Assembly: GCA_965213925.1 (NCBI GenBank)
Contig: OZ243927.1
Location: 4,520,498-4,584,497 of the forward strand
Source: Trueperaceae bacterium
GTDB taxonomy: Bacteria; Deinococcota; Deinococci; Deinococcales; Trueperaceae
Reading direction: 5' to 3'
Length of the DNA: 64,000 bases
The notes beneath the pieces are model-generated. The model did not search any database. It saw only the letters and a list, made by a program, of their open reading frames with translations, and was not told where the DNA came from. How positions within the stretch are numbered: position 1 is the first letter of the stretch; every line of letters begins with the position of its first letter. The translations under genes were made by a program, and so were the position numbers. Positions 41,322 through 51,999 of the stretch are shown here, piece after piece.

Positions 41322-42218
41322 TTATGTGAATCTCAGGTGGTCGGTGATGACCTCACCTATGACATATTCTGCCCTGTGAGCTTCTACAGGATCAACCTCT
41401 ACAGTTTCAGCGAGCGTAATCAGCGCCTTCCAAAGTGCCCAGCCACGTCCCCTAGCCCAAGTTGCCTCATCGACTGGCAAAGCAGCGCGAAACGCCTCTC
41501 TATTTTCATCTGATAAGAAGGTCCAAGCAATCGTCAGGTCGCAGGCAGGGTCGCCCACGCCCGAACAACCAAAGTCAATAACGGCGCTTAGCCGACCTTC
41601 TTTGACCAGCAGATTAGCCGAACTCACGTCTCCATGAAACCAGACCGGTAGACCGTGCCAAGTCGCTTCAAGCGCCACTTCCCAAACTTCCGTGACCGCT
41701 TCGGCGTCCACCCTCTTACCTAAAGCTACAACGGCGTTTCTAGTCTCAGAGTTATAAACAGCCAACGAACTGCCGCGAAAAAAGCTGTGTTCTCCGGCAG
41801 GCGGTCCACCCGTAGCACCGAGTTGATACAAAGTGCTAAGAAAGTGAGCGAGTGAGGTCGCAAACTCGGACAAGTCGCTAATTCGTTCCGTCGTTGCATT
41901 ATCGCCCTCGAGCCACCTACAAATAGACCAGTGCAAAGGGTAGCCGTGAGCGGGGACGCCCATTGCCAAGGGCTCGGGAATTGGCAGCGGTAGATGAGGC
42001 GCAAGTTCTGGCAACCATATCTGTTCTTTTTTAACTTGCGCCGAGTATCCTGGGGCGCTCGGCAAGCGAACACTCATATGTTCACCGAGATGAAACGTTT
42101 TGTTGTCCCAGCCGCTCAGTTCAACGGGTCTAACGGGAAGATGTGCCCATTGAGGAAACTGTGTGCTCACCAACTGGCTCACAAGCGTAGTATCTACGTC
42201 TATTCTATCGCCGGGCAT
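41322..42218 (-). CDS. aminoglycoside phosphotransferase / choline kinase-family protein
   Basis: SGWDNKTFHLG, WFHGDVSSANLL, VIDFG, GDPACDL. Confidence 0.88.
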   Translation of the reverse strand: MPGDRIDVDTTLVSQLVSTQFPQWAHLPVRPVELSGWDNKTFHLGEHMSVRLPSAPGYSAQVKKEQIWLPELAPHLPLPIPEPLAMGVPAHGYPLHWSICRWLEGDNATTERISDLSEFATSLAHFLSTLYQLGATGGPPAGEHSFFRGSSLAVYNSETRNAVVALGKRVDAEAVTEVWEVALEATWHGLPVWFHGDVSSANLLVKEGRLSAVIDFGCSGVGDPACDLTIAWTFLSDENREAFRAALPVDEATWARGRGWALWKALITLAETVEVDPVEAHRAEYVIGEVITDHLRFT

Positions 42219-42227
42219 GTTTGAGCC

Positions 42228-42830
42228 TTACCAAATCTCGCCCAGCTCGAGCACAAACCCCTCTAAAACCCCAATTCCTCTAATCTCTCGAGGGCGCTCG
42301 AGTTCTTCTACCCCATCTGATGTATGGATGTAAACCTTTTCCTCTATAGGGTCGATAAGCCAGCCTAATTCTGCACCGTTCTCTATGTACTCCTGCATTT
42401 TTTCTTTGACGACTTCTAAGCGGTCTGTAGGCGAGCGAAGCTCTAGGACGAATTCGGGACATACGGGCGGATATTTATCCATCTGCGCGGGGGTGAGTTC
42501 AGCTAACTTCTCTCGGCTTACCCACGACACATCCGGGGAACGAACCGCGCCGCTAGGCAGGCGGAAACCCGTTGAGGAGTCGAAAATTTTACCACGCTTA
42601 TCTTGACGGTTCCAAGCGACAAACTGGTAGGTAAGTTCTGCGTTGCGGTTTCCCGTACGTCCTCCGGCGGGTGGCATGACAATAAGTTCTCCTCGAGCAC
42701 TAAGTTCCATGCGGAGGTCTCGGTTAGCCTGAGCGATATCGAAAAAAGTGTCAGCGTTTAGCTCAAAGGGTGGACTAAGACGCATGACAAGGGGTTGCCA
42801 ATTGACGGAGCGTTCTTTAAGCGTATCCAT
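42228..42830 (-). CDS. Uma2-family endonuclease-like protein
   Basis: GELIVMPP, DSSTGFRLP, RSPDVSW, ELRSPTD, KMQEY, LGWLIDP. Confidence 0.92.
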   Translation of the reverse strand: MDTLKERSVNWQPLVMRLSPPFELNADTFFDIAQANRDLRMELSARGELIVMPPAGGRTGNRNAELTYQFVAWNRQDKRGKIFDSSTGFRLPSGAVRSPDVSWVSREKLAELTPAQMDKYPPVCPEFVLELRSPTDRLEVVKEKMQEYIENGAELGWLIDPIEEKVYIHTSDGVEELERPREIRGIGVLEGFVLELGEIW

Positions 42831-42911
42831 GAACACCTCCTTTTAGGTGTGCTACACCCTATTTTAGCCCGTAAGAATCACCTTGTAGGAACCTTCCTCT
42901 TGCTATCCGCA

Positions 42912-43637
42912 CTACGCCACCTTGTTATAGATAACAGGCATCTGCCCCTTCCATTGTCGCCAAGTAGCCTCATCTGTGATGAGGTCAGCCATCAAGTGGG
43001 CGACGTTGATGCGGCTCGTTTGCCCTGCGTTGAAAATGGCACTCCTGGTCGGGGAAGCGTGCAGTTCGTAGGCGCTCACACTAGCTTCGTTGGTCAAACC
43101 GTCGGGACGAACCGCGACCCATTCCGTTGCTTTACCATTTTGACCCACCTCAGTTCGCAGATAGTCAGCAGCTTCTTCGTTGTCCGCGTGAGGCGGGAGG
43201 AAGCGGCGAAGCAGAGTGATCACAACTTTTTGACCTGAGGAGATAGGCTCCTCGAGGTCACGGTTGCTGTTGCCGGCGGTGTTCATGAGAACGAACTTGA
43301 CCGGCTTGGCAGGCGTATTCGTTTTGATTGCGCGGCACAACCTTTGGGTTGTCTCACTCACAAGTCGGCGCGGCTGGCCGTAGATACCTCGTAAGGTCAT
43401 ATTGTGTCCTAAACACGACGCCACTGCGTCACAATGATTGATGTGCTGAGCCAGTTCAGCGGCGCTGAGGTCTAGGGGGCTCGAGCGAACAACAGATAAA
43501 TTTCTGTGCCGCTTAAGCGCGTCAGGCAGTTTCTCAGGCGAGCGCACGATAACCTTGACGCTTTGTCCGCGTTCTAAGAGCTGCGCCACGAGGAGCCGCC
43601 CCGTCGCGCCACTTCCGCCGACAATCAGAATATTCAC
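42912..43637 (-). CDS. NAD(P)H-binding protein (flavin reductase / atypical SDR)
   Basis: LIVGGSGATG, WVAVRPDGL. Confidence 0.85.
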   Translation of the reverse strand: MNILIVGGSGATGRLLVAQLLERGQSVKVIVRSPEKLPDALKRHRNLSVVRSSPLDLSAAELAQHINHCDAVASCLGHNMTLRGIYGQPRRLVSETTQRLCRAIKTNTPAKPVKFVLMNTAGNSNRDLEEPISSGQKVVITLLRRFLPPHADNEEAADYLRTEVGQNGKATEWVAVRPDGLTNEASVSAYELHASPTRSAIFNAGQTSRINVAHLMADLITDEATWRQWKGQMPVIYNKVA

Positions 43638-43857
43638 TCTCTACTCCCTCCACTTGTGCAGGTTGAGAACATTGCTTACGTGAAGTTTAGCAGAGATCGT
43701 CTCTAAATCAATTATGCAAGTGGAGATTCACGCGACTCTATCTACCGTCGCCTTTTCGCTACCCTCTACGTCTCCAACATCGTAGCGTAGGGCGGTATCT
43801 CGAGAGCACCGGCTGCTTGCAAGCGTCTCGAGCGTCCAGCGGCTGAGAAGGTAGGGC

Positions 43858-44799
43858 TCACTGCGCACTTAACGCCTCCCGACCCTCTAATTCCGCCACC
43901 ACGTTCCCCACACCCGCTCGAAACGACGGGTAACGCGGCTCCCAGCCCAAAACCGTCCTAGCTTTCTCATTCGAAACGCGAAACGACGTGGTGAGTGACG
44001 CGACGACAGGACCGCCAATCATCAGCGCGATGAGCCAGGGCGGGATGTTGCCGACGCGCCCTCGCCCTGCCGCTTCGGTCAGCGCGTCTACCAATTCGCG
44101 CAGGCGGATAGGCTCGTCATCCACAATGTTGAAGTTTTCGCCGTAAGTCTCTGAGGAGAGGGCTTCGAGGAAGCTCTGCGCCAAATCGTCCACGTGAACC
44201 GTGCTCCAGAAGTTCTCCCCTGCGCCGAATACGCGGAGCTGATTCTTCGTCAAGGTGTCGTAAAACGAGGCTTTGAACAAGCCGCCGGGACCGTAGACGA
44301 ATCCCGCCGTTAGAATGATGACTTTGAGGTTTTTTTGAGCGTGAAGGTCATCCAAGTAGCGCACCATCGCGGCGTGTCCTAAACCCATCGGCGAAGGCTT
44401 GAGCGGCGTCTCCTCTGTTATCCACTCGTCGCCGTGGTCACCGTAGCCGAAGCAGCCGTTGGTGTAAATCAGGCGTTTGTCATGCTCTAAACAAGCCTCC
44501 GCTAGTGCTGAAGTCATCACCTCGTCGGCGCGGTTAATCTGCGCGACTTTCTTTTGCGTCATACGCCCCGACACGCCGAGCTGTGCGGCTTGGACCACGG
44601 CGTCGACCTCTCCGACTAAAGAGGTGTAGGTGTTAGGCTCCAACATCTCCCCCACCGCCACTCGCATCCCCGCCTCTTGCAGCGGTTTCGCTTTAGTTTC
44701 ATTTCTGACCAAGCCCGTCACGATATGCCCCGCATCTAAGAGGGCTTTGACGGTGGCGCTGCCCACGAACCCTGTTGCGCCTGTTACAAGTACGTGCAT
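43858..44799 (-). CDS. NAD-dependent epimerase/dehydratase family protein
   Basis: VLVTGATGFVG, VYGPG, VHVDDLA, LGWEPRY; RBS GGGAGG. Confidence 0.88.
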   Translation of the reverse strand: MHVLVTGATGFVGSATVKALLDAGHIVTGLVRNETKAKPLQEAGMRVAVGEMLEPNTYTSLVGEVDAVVQAAQLGVSGRMTQKKVAQINRADEVMTSALAEACLEHDKRLIYTNGCFGYGDHGDEWITEETPLKPSPMGLGHAAMVRYLDDLHAQKNLKVIILTAGFVYGPGGLFKASFYDTLTKNQLRVFGAGENFWSTVHVDDLAQSFLEALSSETYGENFNIVDDEPIRLRELVDALTEAAGRGRVGNIPPWLIALMIGGPVVASLTTSFRVSNEKARTVLGWEPRYPSFRAGVGNVVAELEGREALSAQ

Positions 44800-44865
44800 G
44801 AGAGACCTCCCGCTGTTCATATACCATGCAGAATTTATGGCGTTTTTGCTACACTGAGGCTCAGT

Positions 44866-45303
44866 ATGAACGACACCGAAATCATGAGGTCTCTCATCGC
44901 CTATACGCGGACAAGAGCGTTAGATAGCAAGACCTTCACGGGCGCGTTCATCGTCAAGGGTGGCGACGTGATAGGGCGAGACATCACGACTATAGAGCCT
45001 GACCAGAATCCGCTCGCGCACGCCGAGCTTAAAGCGGTGCAGGGTGCGATTGCGAGGTACGGTCCTGAGCTAAAAGGGTGCCGTCTCTACACGACACAGC
45101 GCCCGTGCCCGATGTGCGCCTCAGCCGTAGTTTGGAGCGGCATAAAGAGGGTGGTGTACGGCTGGGCACCCTCTGACTATCAGTGGGGGACACCTGGAAG
45201 AGCCCTGCAATTCTTCACCGAACTAGGTGTAGCATTGGCCGGTCCGATTTTAGAAGACGAGTGTCGAGCGATAGACGAGTACCTCACCAAAAATGGAATT
45301 TAA
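44866..45303 (+). CDS. zinc-dependent nucleoside/nucleobase deaminase
   Basis: AHAE and PCPMC motifs. Confidence 0.88.
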   Translation: MNDTEIMRSLIAYTRTRALDSKTFTGAFIVKGGDVIGRDITTIEPDQNPLAHAELKAVQGAIARYGPELKGCRLYTTQRPCPMCASAVVWSGIKRVVYGWAPSDYQWGTPGRALQFFTELGVALAGPILEDECRAIDEYLTKNGI

Positions 45304-45334
45304 GACGCTATATCCTCGAGCCTTCTTCTCAACC

Positions 45335-46549
45335 TCAATCCAGCGTCACCTGGTCAAGCTCCTGCTGCCGCGCCGCCTCACGCTCGAGCTGCTCATCACT
45401 CTTGAGCCACTGCGCTAGCCACGTCGTTATAGGGTCATAGTAGCGAAACACCACGCTGCCGATCATCACCATGACGATGACGTAGAGCGAGGTCATCCCG
45501 TTAAGCGCTGCTCTAGTTTCCTCTGGCAACATCGTTACGCCGCCCGCTAGCCCCACAATCACGAGCGAAAACTCACCCCTGGGCAAGAGCATGAGCCCGT
45601 GCCCGAGGCTGCCGCGCTGACTCAGACCGCTCAGCCGACCTGAGACGTAAGCCGTGAACATATTGACGACGATCGTAACGGCGACCAAAAGGAGCGCGGC
45701 GGGCAGTTGATTAAGAGCGCTCACGACGTTTACGTGCAAACCGAAGTCGAGGAAAAAGGCGGCGGCGGCGACGTCGTACCAGGGGTAGAGGGTCTCTTCT
45801 AAACGGTCTTTGAAGGGCGAGTCGGCGATGAGCATTCCTAAAAGAAAGGCGGCGACCGCTTCGGGGAAGCCTAAGCTTTTCGCGCCGATGGAAAAGAGCA
45901 CGACCAGCGCGAGCGCTAAGAGCACCAAAGATTCCCCTTCACGACTGAAAAGTCGTTCCAGAACTGGACGCCCGAAGCGCAGCAGCAAGAGGTAGAGTAC
46001 GAGAAAGACGCCGACACCTGCAAAATCCGCGAGCCCGCCGCCCGCCGTGATGAGCCCCAAACCGCCCAAAATCACGACCATCGCCAGGTCTTCAAACACC
46101 AGCACACCCAGCGTGCGTTCCGCCTCGGGGTAGGCGATGAGGTTGCGTTCGGCTAAAAGTTTGGCGATAACACCGGAGGACGAGATGTAGACGATACCGC
46201 CCAAAAAGAGCGCCGCCAACCAGCCGAAGCCGAAGAGCATCCCGAGCAAAAAGCCCGCCGCGAAGTTGAGCAGGTCTACGCTGCCCGCGAGCGACATCGA
46301 CCGGCCGCCCTCCAAAAAGCGGGGCAAGGAGAACTCGAGCCCCATGTAAAAGAGCAGCAAGATAATCCCGAGTTCTGCAAACATCGCCGTGATTTCCGTT
46401 GTTTCGTAGAGTGTCACCACGCCGTAAGGGCCCAGCAGCAGCCCGAGCACGATATACCCGACGATGCTGGATAAGCCGATCTTCTGGCTTATCCAGTGCG
46501 CGGCGTAGAGCCCCACCACGATGAAACCTAGCTCTAAAATAGGGGTCAA
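45335..46549 (-). CDS. CPA2 cation:proton antiporter (KhtU-like)
   Basis: LLLFYMGLEFS, YISSSG, VFEDL, PRGEFS. Confidence 0.9.
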   Translation of the reverse strand: MTPILELGFIVVGLYAAHWISQKIGLSSIVGYIVLGLLLGPYGVVTLYETTEITAMFAELGIILLLFYMGLEFSLPRFLEGGRSMSLAGSVDLLNFAAGFLLGMLFGFGWLAALFLGGIVYISSSGVIAKLLAERNLIAYPEAERTLGVLVFEDLAMVVILGGLGLITAGGGLADFAGVGVFLVLYLLLLRFGRPVLERLFSREGESLVLLALALVVLFSIGAKSLGFPEAVAAFLLGMLIADSPFKDRLEETLYPWYDVAAAAFFLDFGLHVNVVSALNQLPAALLLVAVTIVVNMFTAYVSGRLSGLSQRGSLGHGLMLLPRGEFSLVIVGLAGGVTMLPEETRAALNGMTSLYVIVMVMIGSVVFRYYDPITTWLAQWLKSDEQLEREAARQQELDQVTLD

Positions 46550-46588
46550 AGGAACCTCTTTTCAGTCTTCACGAAAGAAGGGCGCTGC

Positions 46589-46619
46589 ACCTCTTCCGAC
46601 TCCAAACGTCGGAAGAGGT
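46589..46619. terminator. 12-bp perfect hairpin between the khtT-like and khtU-like genes
   Basis: ACCTCTTCCGAC-N7-GTCGGAAGAGGT; its arms resemble the hairpin at 53822-53847. Confidence 0.45.
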
Positions 46620-46674
46620 CAACGCGATCTTCGGATTCAATCTCTGTGACGAGACTCAGACTAACGCGGGTTGG

Positions 46675-47184
46675 CTACTCGCTCTCGATAAGCTCTCTGG
46701 CGGCGGCAGTCTGGGCGTGCGAACCGATGAGGAGCACAGTGTCGTGCGTCTGAAACTCGGTATCAACATCCGGGTTGGGGATAGCCTGTTCGCTCCTCAT
46801 AATGGCGACGATGGACGCGCCCGTTTCGGTGCGGAGCGGAAAGTTGTTGAGCGTACGCCCGACCAGCGGTGAGCTTTCCTTGAGTTCGACCCACTCGATC
46901 TCCATCTCGCCCAGGGCGAGTTCTAACTTCTCCAAGTCGGGCGCGGTGACCATCGGCCTGCCTAAGAGGTTGGAAATTTGCTGCGCCTCTTCGTCGTCCA
47001 CTTTGATGACGTCGCAGGGACGGTCCTCGTCCTCTAAAAAGTGATACATCTGCCGCTCGCCGTCCGGCTTGACGATGACCGCCAGGTTGCCGCCCGTGCG
47101 CAGGGGCATGACGTACTTTTTGCCGACGCCGGGCAGGGTGGCTTCGCGGATATGAATGTCTTCTTGGGTGGTGACTTTTGCCAT
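46675..47184 (-). CDS. antiporter regulatory subunit with TrkA-C/RCK_C domain (KhtT-like)
   Basis: IREATLPGVGKKY, LRTETGASIVAIMR, PNP; leaderless TACAAT-N6-ATG. Confidence 0.9.
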   Translation of the reverse strand: MAKVTTQEDIHIREATLPGVGKKYVMPLRTGGNLAVIVKPDGERQMYHFLEDEDRPCDVIKVDDEEAQQISNLLGRPMVTAPDLEKLELALGEMEIEWVELKESSPLVGRTLNNFPLRTETGASIVAIMRSEQAIPNPDVDTEFQTHDTVLLIGSHAQTAAARELIESE

Positions 47185-47241
47185 AGGTCTATTGTAGAGG
47201 TTCTGAAGCGGTGAGACCTCATATCCGACTTACAGAGAAGC

Positions 47242-47300
47242 AGCAATGAGTTCCGAGCAATGAGCAATGAGTGAAAATCAAAGACCTTTACTCATTGCTC
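47242..47300. repeat. GAGCAAT tandem-repeat hairpin
   Basis: GAGCAATGAGCAATGAGT ... ACTCATTGCTC; same family as 24399-24450. Confidence 0.55.
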
Positions 47301-47462
47301 GCCGTTCGCCCAGCTTGACTGGGTTGCTTTCAACTCTCCTCGCTTTCAACTGCCTCAATCTCCCCCATGTGCGCAGCGTCACGTCCTGGGTAAAAAACTT
47401 TACTTATCCCAGGTGAAGTTTTCCGGTTAAACGTTACTAGACTCCGTGCTACATTGCCCATT

Positions 47463-47969
47463 ATGCTGTTAAGACCCAACTTTATCGTCAACGAGGTCTC
47501 CGAGGTGACCCCTGGATTCCTGCGCGAGCGGGGTATAAGGGCGGTGATGGTCGACTTAGATGACACCCTGATCGCCTCGAGCGCCTCAACTTTAGACCCC
47601 GCTTTCTCCTCTTGGTTAAATACCCTCAAAGCGGCGCGTCTGCCTGTCCTTATTTTAAGCAACGGCTCTCGTGCGCGCGTCGCGCAGTGGTCGAAAGACT
47701 TGGGGGTGTTGGGTCTCTCCTTAGTTGGCAAGCCCTTCGCGTTCGCCTTTCAGCGTGGGCTGAGGCGCTTAGGTAGCAAAGCGAGCGAGACGGTGATGAT
47801 CGGCGATCAGCTTTTTACCGACATTTTGGGGGCGAACTTGGCGGGCATGACCTCGATCTTGGTCACGCCGCTCTCTCCCGGCAAGCTTTTGCACACAAGG
47901 CTACTGCGGCACCTAGAAGCGCGCATTTTGAGAGGAGGCGACCGTGGCGGTTCTATCGATCGGCGATAA
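47463..47969 (+). CDS. YqeG-family HAD IIIA phosphatase
   Basis: VDLDDTL, LSN, KP, IGDQLFTDILG. Confidence 0.9.
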   Translation: MLLRPNFIVNEVSEVTPGFLRERGIRAVMVDLDDTLIASSASTLDPAFSSWLNTLKAARLPVLILSNGSRARVAQWSKDLGVLGLSLVGKPFAFAFQRGLRRLGSKASETVMIGDQLFTDILGANLAGMTSILVTPLSPGKLLHTRLLRHLEARILRGGDRGGSIDRR

Positions 47970-50601
47970 GCGCTTGGGCGCAGTGCTCCTAGACCGGGGC
48001 TACGTCAGCGACGACAACTTGCAAGACGCCATCGGGCGGCACGCGGAGGTGGGCGGGCGGCTCTCCGACATTTTGGTTAATATTGGCGTCATCTCCGAGC
48101 AGCGCATCGCGCGGGCAATCGAAGAAGCCATCGGCATCCCGCTCGTGGCGCTCCCTCGCATCGATATCTCGGCGGAGGCACTTGCAAAAGTTCCTGCGGA
48201 CTTGGCGCAGGAGATGGGCGCGGTCCCTTTTGGGTTGGAGGGCAACCGCTTGCGCGTCGCCTTCGCCGACCCCTTGGACGCCCTGTCCATCGAAGAGGTC
48301 GAGGACGAGTCGGACTGTATCGTCGAGCCGTATAAAGCGCTCAGTAAGGAGCTTGCTTGGGCGCTCGCGACCTACTATCCCGAACTCGGGCTGACGCCGC
48401 CCGCCGACATGGGCAGCGACCCTGGGCAGCGTATGGGCAACTTGGCGCTCGAGCAAGGTCTCATCACCGAAGACCAGCTTAAAGAGGCGAATGAGAAGCA
48501 GACCCGCACGGGCGGTCTCTTGGGGCGCATCTTGGTCGAGATGGGCGCACTGAGCGAGCCTCTACTCGCCCAACTGTTAGCGCAGCAGGCGGGCGTTCCG
48601 TACGCGGATACCCTGGACGACACCGAGATAAGCGAGAAGCTCTCCTCCTACCTCTTGCGTTTGGACGCGCTGCAGTTCAACGCCGTCCCGTATAAAGACG
48701 AGGGCGATCACCTCGTTATCGCCTTAGCCGACCCGCGCAAGATCGGCGACATCGAAGCCATCATCCAGAAGCCGCTCCAGTTCGTCTGCGCCCCGCAGAC
48801 GGAGGTGCAAAACCTCATCGATCTGCTCTACGCGGGCGACAAGGGGCGCTTAGGCGAAACGCTCTTGCAGAACAACAAGATCAAGCGCGAGCAGCTCCGC
48901 AAGGCGTTGGAGGAGCAGAACAAGCTCGGGCGGGTCAAGCCCTTGGGCGAAATCCTGACTGACCTAGGCTACGTCGACCAGGACGACGTGGACAGCGCGC
49001 TGAGCCGTCAACGCGCTGGCGGCGGACGCTTGGAAGACACGCTCGTCCAGTCCGGCAAGATCAGCCCGGAGATGCTCGCCCGCAGTTTGGCGATGCAGCT
49101 CGGCTACGAGTTTATCGAAGAGAATAACGTCCAGGTGGACCCTTACGCGGTCACGCTTATCCCCGAAGGCACCATCCGGCGCTACACCGTGATGCCGATT
49201 TCCGTCGAGGGCAGCACGCTAACTGTCGCTATGAAAGACCCGCGTCACGTCTTCGCGCTGGACGACATCAAGCTAATTACGGGTAAAGAGATTCGGCCCG
49301 CCGTCGCCACCGAAGAGACCTTAACTGCGCTCATCAACCGCTTCTACCGCGGCGGCGACGACATGGACGAACTCGCCAAGGCGGTCATGGAAGAGGTCGG
49401 CTCGCAGCAAGACGTCGAAGAGTCGGACAGCGGCATTGACGACAACGCGCTCGTCAAGGTCGTGAATAATATCATCCGCGAGTCGGTCTTAAATGACATC
49501 TCGGATATCCACATCGAGCCGCGCCCGACCGAAGTGATTATCCGCGTGCGCAAAGACGGGTCGCTGCGCGAATACATGACCATGCCTAAAGCCACCGCGG
49601 GCGCGATGGCGGCACGCATCAAGATTATGGGCGGGCTCAATATCGCCGAGCGGCGCGTGCCGCAAGACGGGCGTGTACGCTTCAAGGATAAGACGATGGA
49701 GGTCGACCTCCGACTTTCGACGCTGCCGACCGTTTACGGCGAAAAGTCGGTCATGCGTATTCTGAAAAAAGCCTCCTCGATCCCCGAAATCGAGCAGTTA
49801 GGCTTTGCGGAGTACAACTTCACGCGCTTTAGCGACGTGATCCAGAAGCCTTACGGCATCTTCCTCATCACCGGACCCACGGGCTCAGGTAAGTCGTTCT
49901 CGACCTTCTCGATTCTAAAGCGCATCGCCGTACCCGAAGTGAACGTCACGACGGTCGAAGACCCGGTGGAATACGAAATCCCCGGCATCAACCAGACGCA
50001 GGTCAACAACAAAGCCGGTTTGACCTTCGCCTCGGCGCTCCGCTCCTTCTTGCGTCAAGACCCGGACGTCATCATGATCGGTGAGATTCGCGACACGGAA
50101 ACGGCGAAAATCGCGGTCGAAGCCGCCCTAACGGGTCACCTGGTCATCGCCACCTTGCACACGAACGACGCGGCTGGAGCCGTTACACGACTCGAGGAGA
50201 TGGGCGTCGAGCCCTTCAACATCTCGGCGGCGCTTCTAGGCGTGCTCGCGCAGAGGCTCGTGCGCAAAGCCTGCAAGGACTGCCGCGTCGAGTACACGCC
50301 CGACCCGGAAGTGCTGCGGCGCATGGGCATGACCGAGAGCGAGATCAAAGGGCAGAAGCTCTTCCGGGGCGTCGGCTGCGAGAAGTGTAGCGGCAGCGGC
50401 TACAACGGACGCGCCGCGATTCACGAACTGTTGACCGTCGAGCCGCAGGTTGAAGCGGCGATCGTGCAGGGCAAGTCGTCCTCAGAAATCAAGGACATCG
50501 CGGTAGAAATCGGCATGAAGACCCTGCGCGACGACGGCATCTACAAGGCGTTTCAGGGGATTACGACGCTCGAGGAAGTCTTAGCCCGCACAACCGATTA
50601 G
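47944..50601 (+). CDS. pilB: type IV pilus assembly ATPase with multiple N-terminal MshEN/GSPII domains (PilF-like)
   Basis: Repeated RLGxxL motifs, SDIHIEP, PQDGR, GPTGSGKS, LRQDPD, tetracysteine CKDC / CEKC. Confidence 0.95.
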   Translation: MAVLSIGDKRLGAVLLDRGYVSDDNLQDAIGRHAEVGGRLSDILVNIGVISEQRIARAIEEAIGIPLVALPRIDISAEALAKVPADLAQEMGAVPFGLEGNRLRVAFADPLDALSIEEVEDESDCIVEPYKALSKELAWALATYYPELGLTPPADMGSDPGQRMGNLALEQGLITEDQLKEANEKQTRTGGLLGRILVEMGALSEPLLAQLLAQQAGVPYADTLDDTEISEKLSSYLLRLDALQFNAVPYKDEGDHLVIALADPRKIGDIEAIIQKPLQFVCAPQTEVQNLIDLLYAGDKGRLGETLLQNNKIKREQLRKALEEQNKLGRVKPLGEILTDLGYVDQDDVDSALSRQRAGGGRLEDTLVQSGKISPEMLARSLAMQLGYEFIEENNVQVDPYAVTLIPEGTIRRYTVMPISVEGSTLTVAMKDPRHVFALDDIKLITGKEIRPAVATEETLTALINRFYRGGDDMDELAKAVMEEVGSQQDVEESDSGIDDNALVKVVNNIIRESVLNDISDIHIEPRPTEVIIRVRKDGSLREYMTMPKATAGAMAARIKIMGGLNIAERRVPQDGRVRFKDKTMEVDLRLSTLPTVYGEKSVMRILKKASSIPEIEQLGFAEYNFTRFSDVIQKPYGIFLITGPTGSGKSFSTFSILKRIAVPEVNVTTVEDPVEYEIPGINQTQVNNKAGLTFASALRSFLRQDPDVIMIGEIRDTETAKIAVEAALTGHLVIATLHTNDAAGAVTRLEEMGVEPFNISAALLGVLAQRLVRKACKDCRVEYTPDPEVLRRMGMTESEIKGQKLFRGVGCEKCSGSGYNGRAAIHELLTVEPQVEAAIVQGKSSSEIKDIAVEIGMKTLRDDGIYKAFQGITTLEEVLARTTD

Positions 50602-50725
50602 ACGGTGTACCACGTTTTGTGCGTAGCGACGCATGAACTCCTCCGAGGAAAGCGGTTCAGCATCAGTGGAGGCACAAAACGGGACACCTTATTGGACCTA
50701 GCCAAACTAAATCCAGAGGAGTATC

Positions 50726-51955
50726 ATGGCAGACCAGCTTAAAAGCACCCAAATCCAAGCCGACATCGTCGACCTCTTGCGTCTTTCGATGGACCGGGGC
50801 GCGTCGGACCTGATTATTACGAACGGGCTCCCGCCGATGCTCCGGCTCGACGGTGAGTGGCAACCGACCGAATACGACCCCCTAGACCCCAACATGACGC
50901 GCCGCCTGATGTACTCGATGATGGACGAGAAGAAGCAGCGTAACTTCGAGGAGAACCGCGAGCTGGACTTCTCCTTCGCCCTCTCCGGTTACGGCCGCTT
51001 CCGCGTCAACGTCTTTTTCCAGCGCGGCGCGGTCGGCGGCGTTTTGCGGATGATCAGCGAGGAGATTCTCAGCTTCGAATTCATGGGCTTGCCGCAGGTC
51101 GTCGCGGACGTCGCCAAGCAGCCGCGCGGCTTGGTGCTCGTAACAGGTCCGACGGGCTCGGGTAAGTCCACCACATTGGCGGCGATGATCGACAAGATCA
51201 ACAGCGATTTCGCCAAGCACATCGTCACGATTGAAGACCCCGTCGAGTTTTTTCACACGCATAAGCGCTCGGTCGTCAATCAGCGCGAGATCGGTGAGGA
51301 TACCAAAGGCTTCGACAAGGCGCTCAAGTCGGTCTTGCGTCAAGCGCCCGACGTCATCTTGGTCGGCGAGATGCGCGACCACGAGACGATCGGCGCAGCG
51401 GTCACGGCGGCGGAAACGGGTCACTTGGTGATGGGGACGCTCCACACCAACTCCGCCCCCGAAGCGGTGGACCGCATCATCGACGTCTTCCCCGAAGCGC
51501 AGCAAGAGCAGGTGCGCGTGCAGCTCGCGAACAACCTGCAGGCTATCTTGACGCAGCAGCTCGTCCCTAAGCAGGGCGGCGGACGCGCGCTCGCGTATGA
51601 ATTTATGATCGGCACGCCCGCCATTCGCAACCTCATCCGCGAGGGAAAAACTCACCAGATTCTCTCCGCAATCCAGATGGGCGGGCGCGAAGGCATGATC
51701 ACGATGGACGCCTGCCTAGCCGAGATGCACCTTAGCCGCAAGATTTCTTACGACGTCGGCCTCTCGCGCTCGGTCGACTCTAAGGAGTTCGCCCGCCTAG
51801 TCGAGTCGGGCGGCGCGGGTGGCGGTGCAGCGAATGGTGCGGTAAATGGCGCAGTGGGCGGCTCGCCCGCTCAGACGCAGCCGGGCGGCGCACGTCCGCA
51901 GGGAGCCGCGCCCGCAGGCTCGATGTCGTTTGGCAGAGGGGGGCGCGGAACGTAG
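50726..51955 (+). CDS. pilT: type IV pilus retraction ATPase
   Basis: GASDL, GRFRVN, GPTGSGKSTTLAAMID, AIRNLIREGKTHQ. Confidence 0.95.
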   Translation: MADQLKSTQIQADIVDLLRLSMDRGASDLIITNGLPPMLRLDGEWQPTEYDPLDPNMTRRLMYSMMDEKKQRNFEENRELDFSFALSGYGRFRVNVFFQRGAVGGVLRMISEEILSFEFMGLPQVVADVAKQPRGLVLVTGPTGSGKSTTLAAMIDKINSDFAKHIVTIEDPVEFFHTHKRSVVNQREIGEDTKGFDKALKSVLRQAPDVILVGEMRDHETIGAAVTAAETGHLVMGTLHTNSAPEAVDRIIDVFPEAQQEQVRVQLANNLQAILTQQLVPKQGGGRALAYEFMIGTPAIRNLIREGKTHQILSAIQMGGREGMITMDACLAEMHLSRKISYDVGLSRSVDSKEFARLVESGGAGGGAANGAVNGAVGGSPAQTQPGGARPQGAAPAGSMSFGRGGRGT

Positions 51956-51999
51956 TTTTTATTAGCGACAAATCACCTCACCAGTTTGATTTGCCTTTG

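Noticed and set aside
41322..42218. A true aminoglycoside resistance gene
   Set aside because: Only generic APH/choline-kinase motifs are present; the substrate cannot be inferred
50882..51655. Long antisense ORFs over pilT and other GC-rich genes
   Set aside because: These are typical shadow ORFs from high GC3 codon bias opposite well-supported genes
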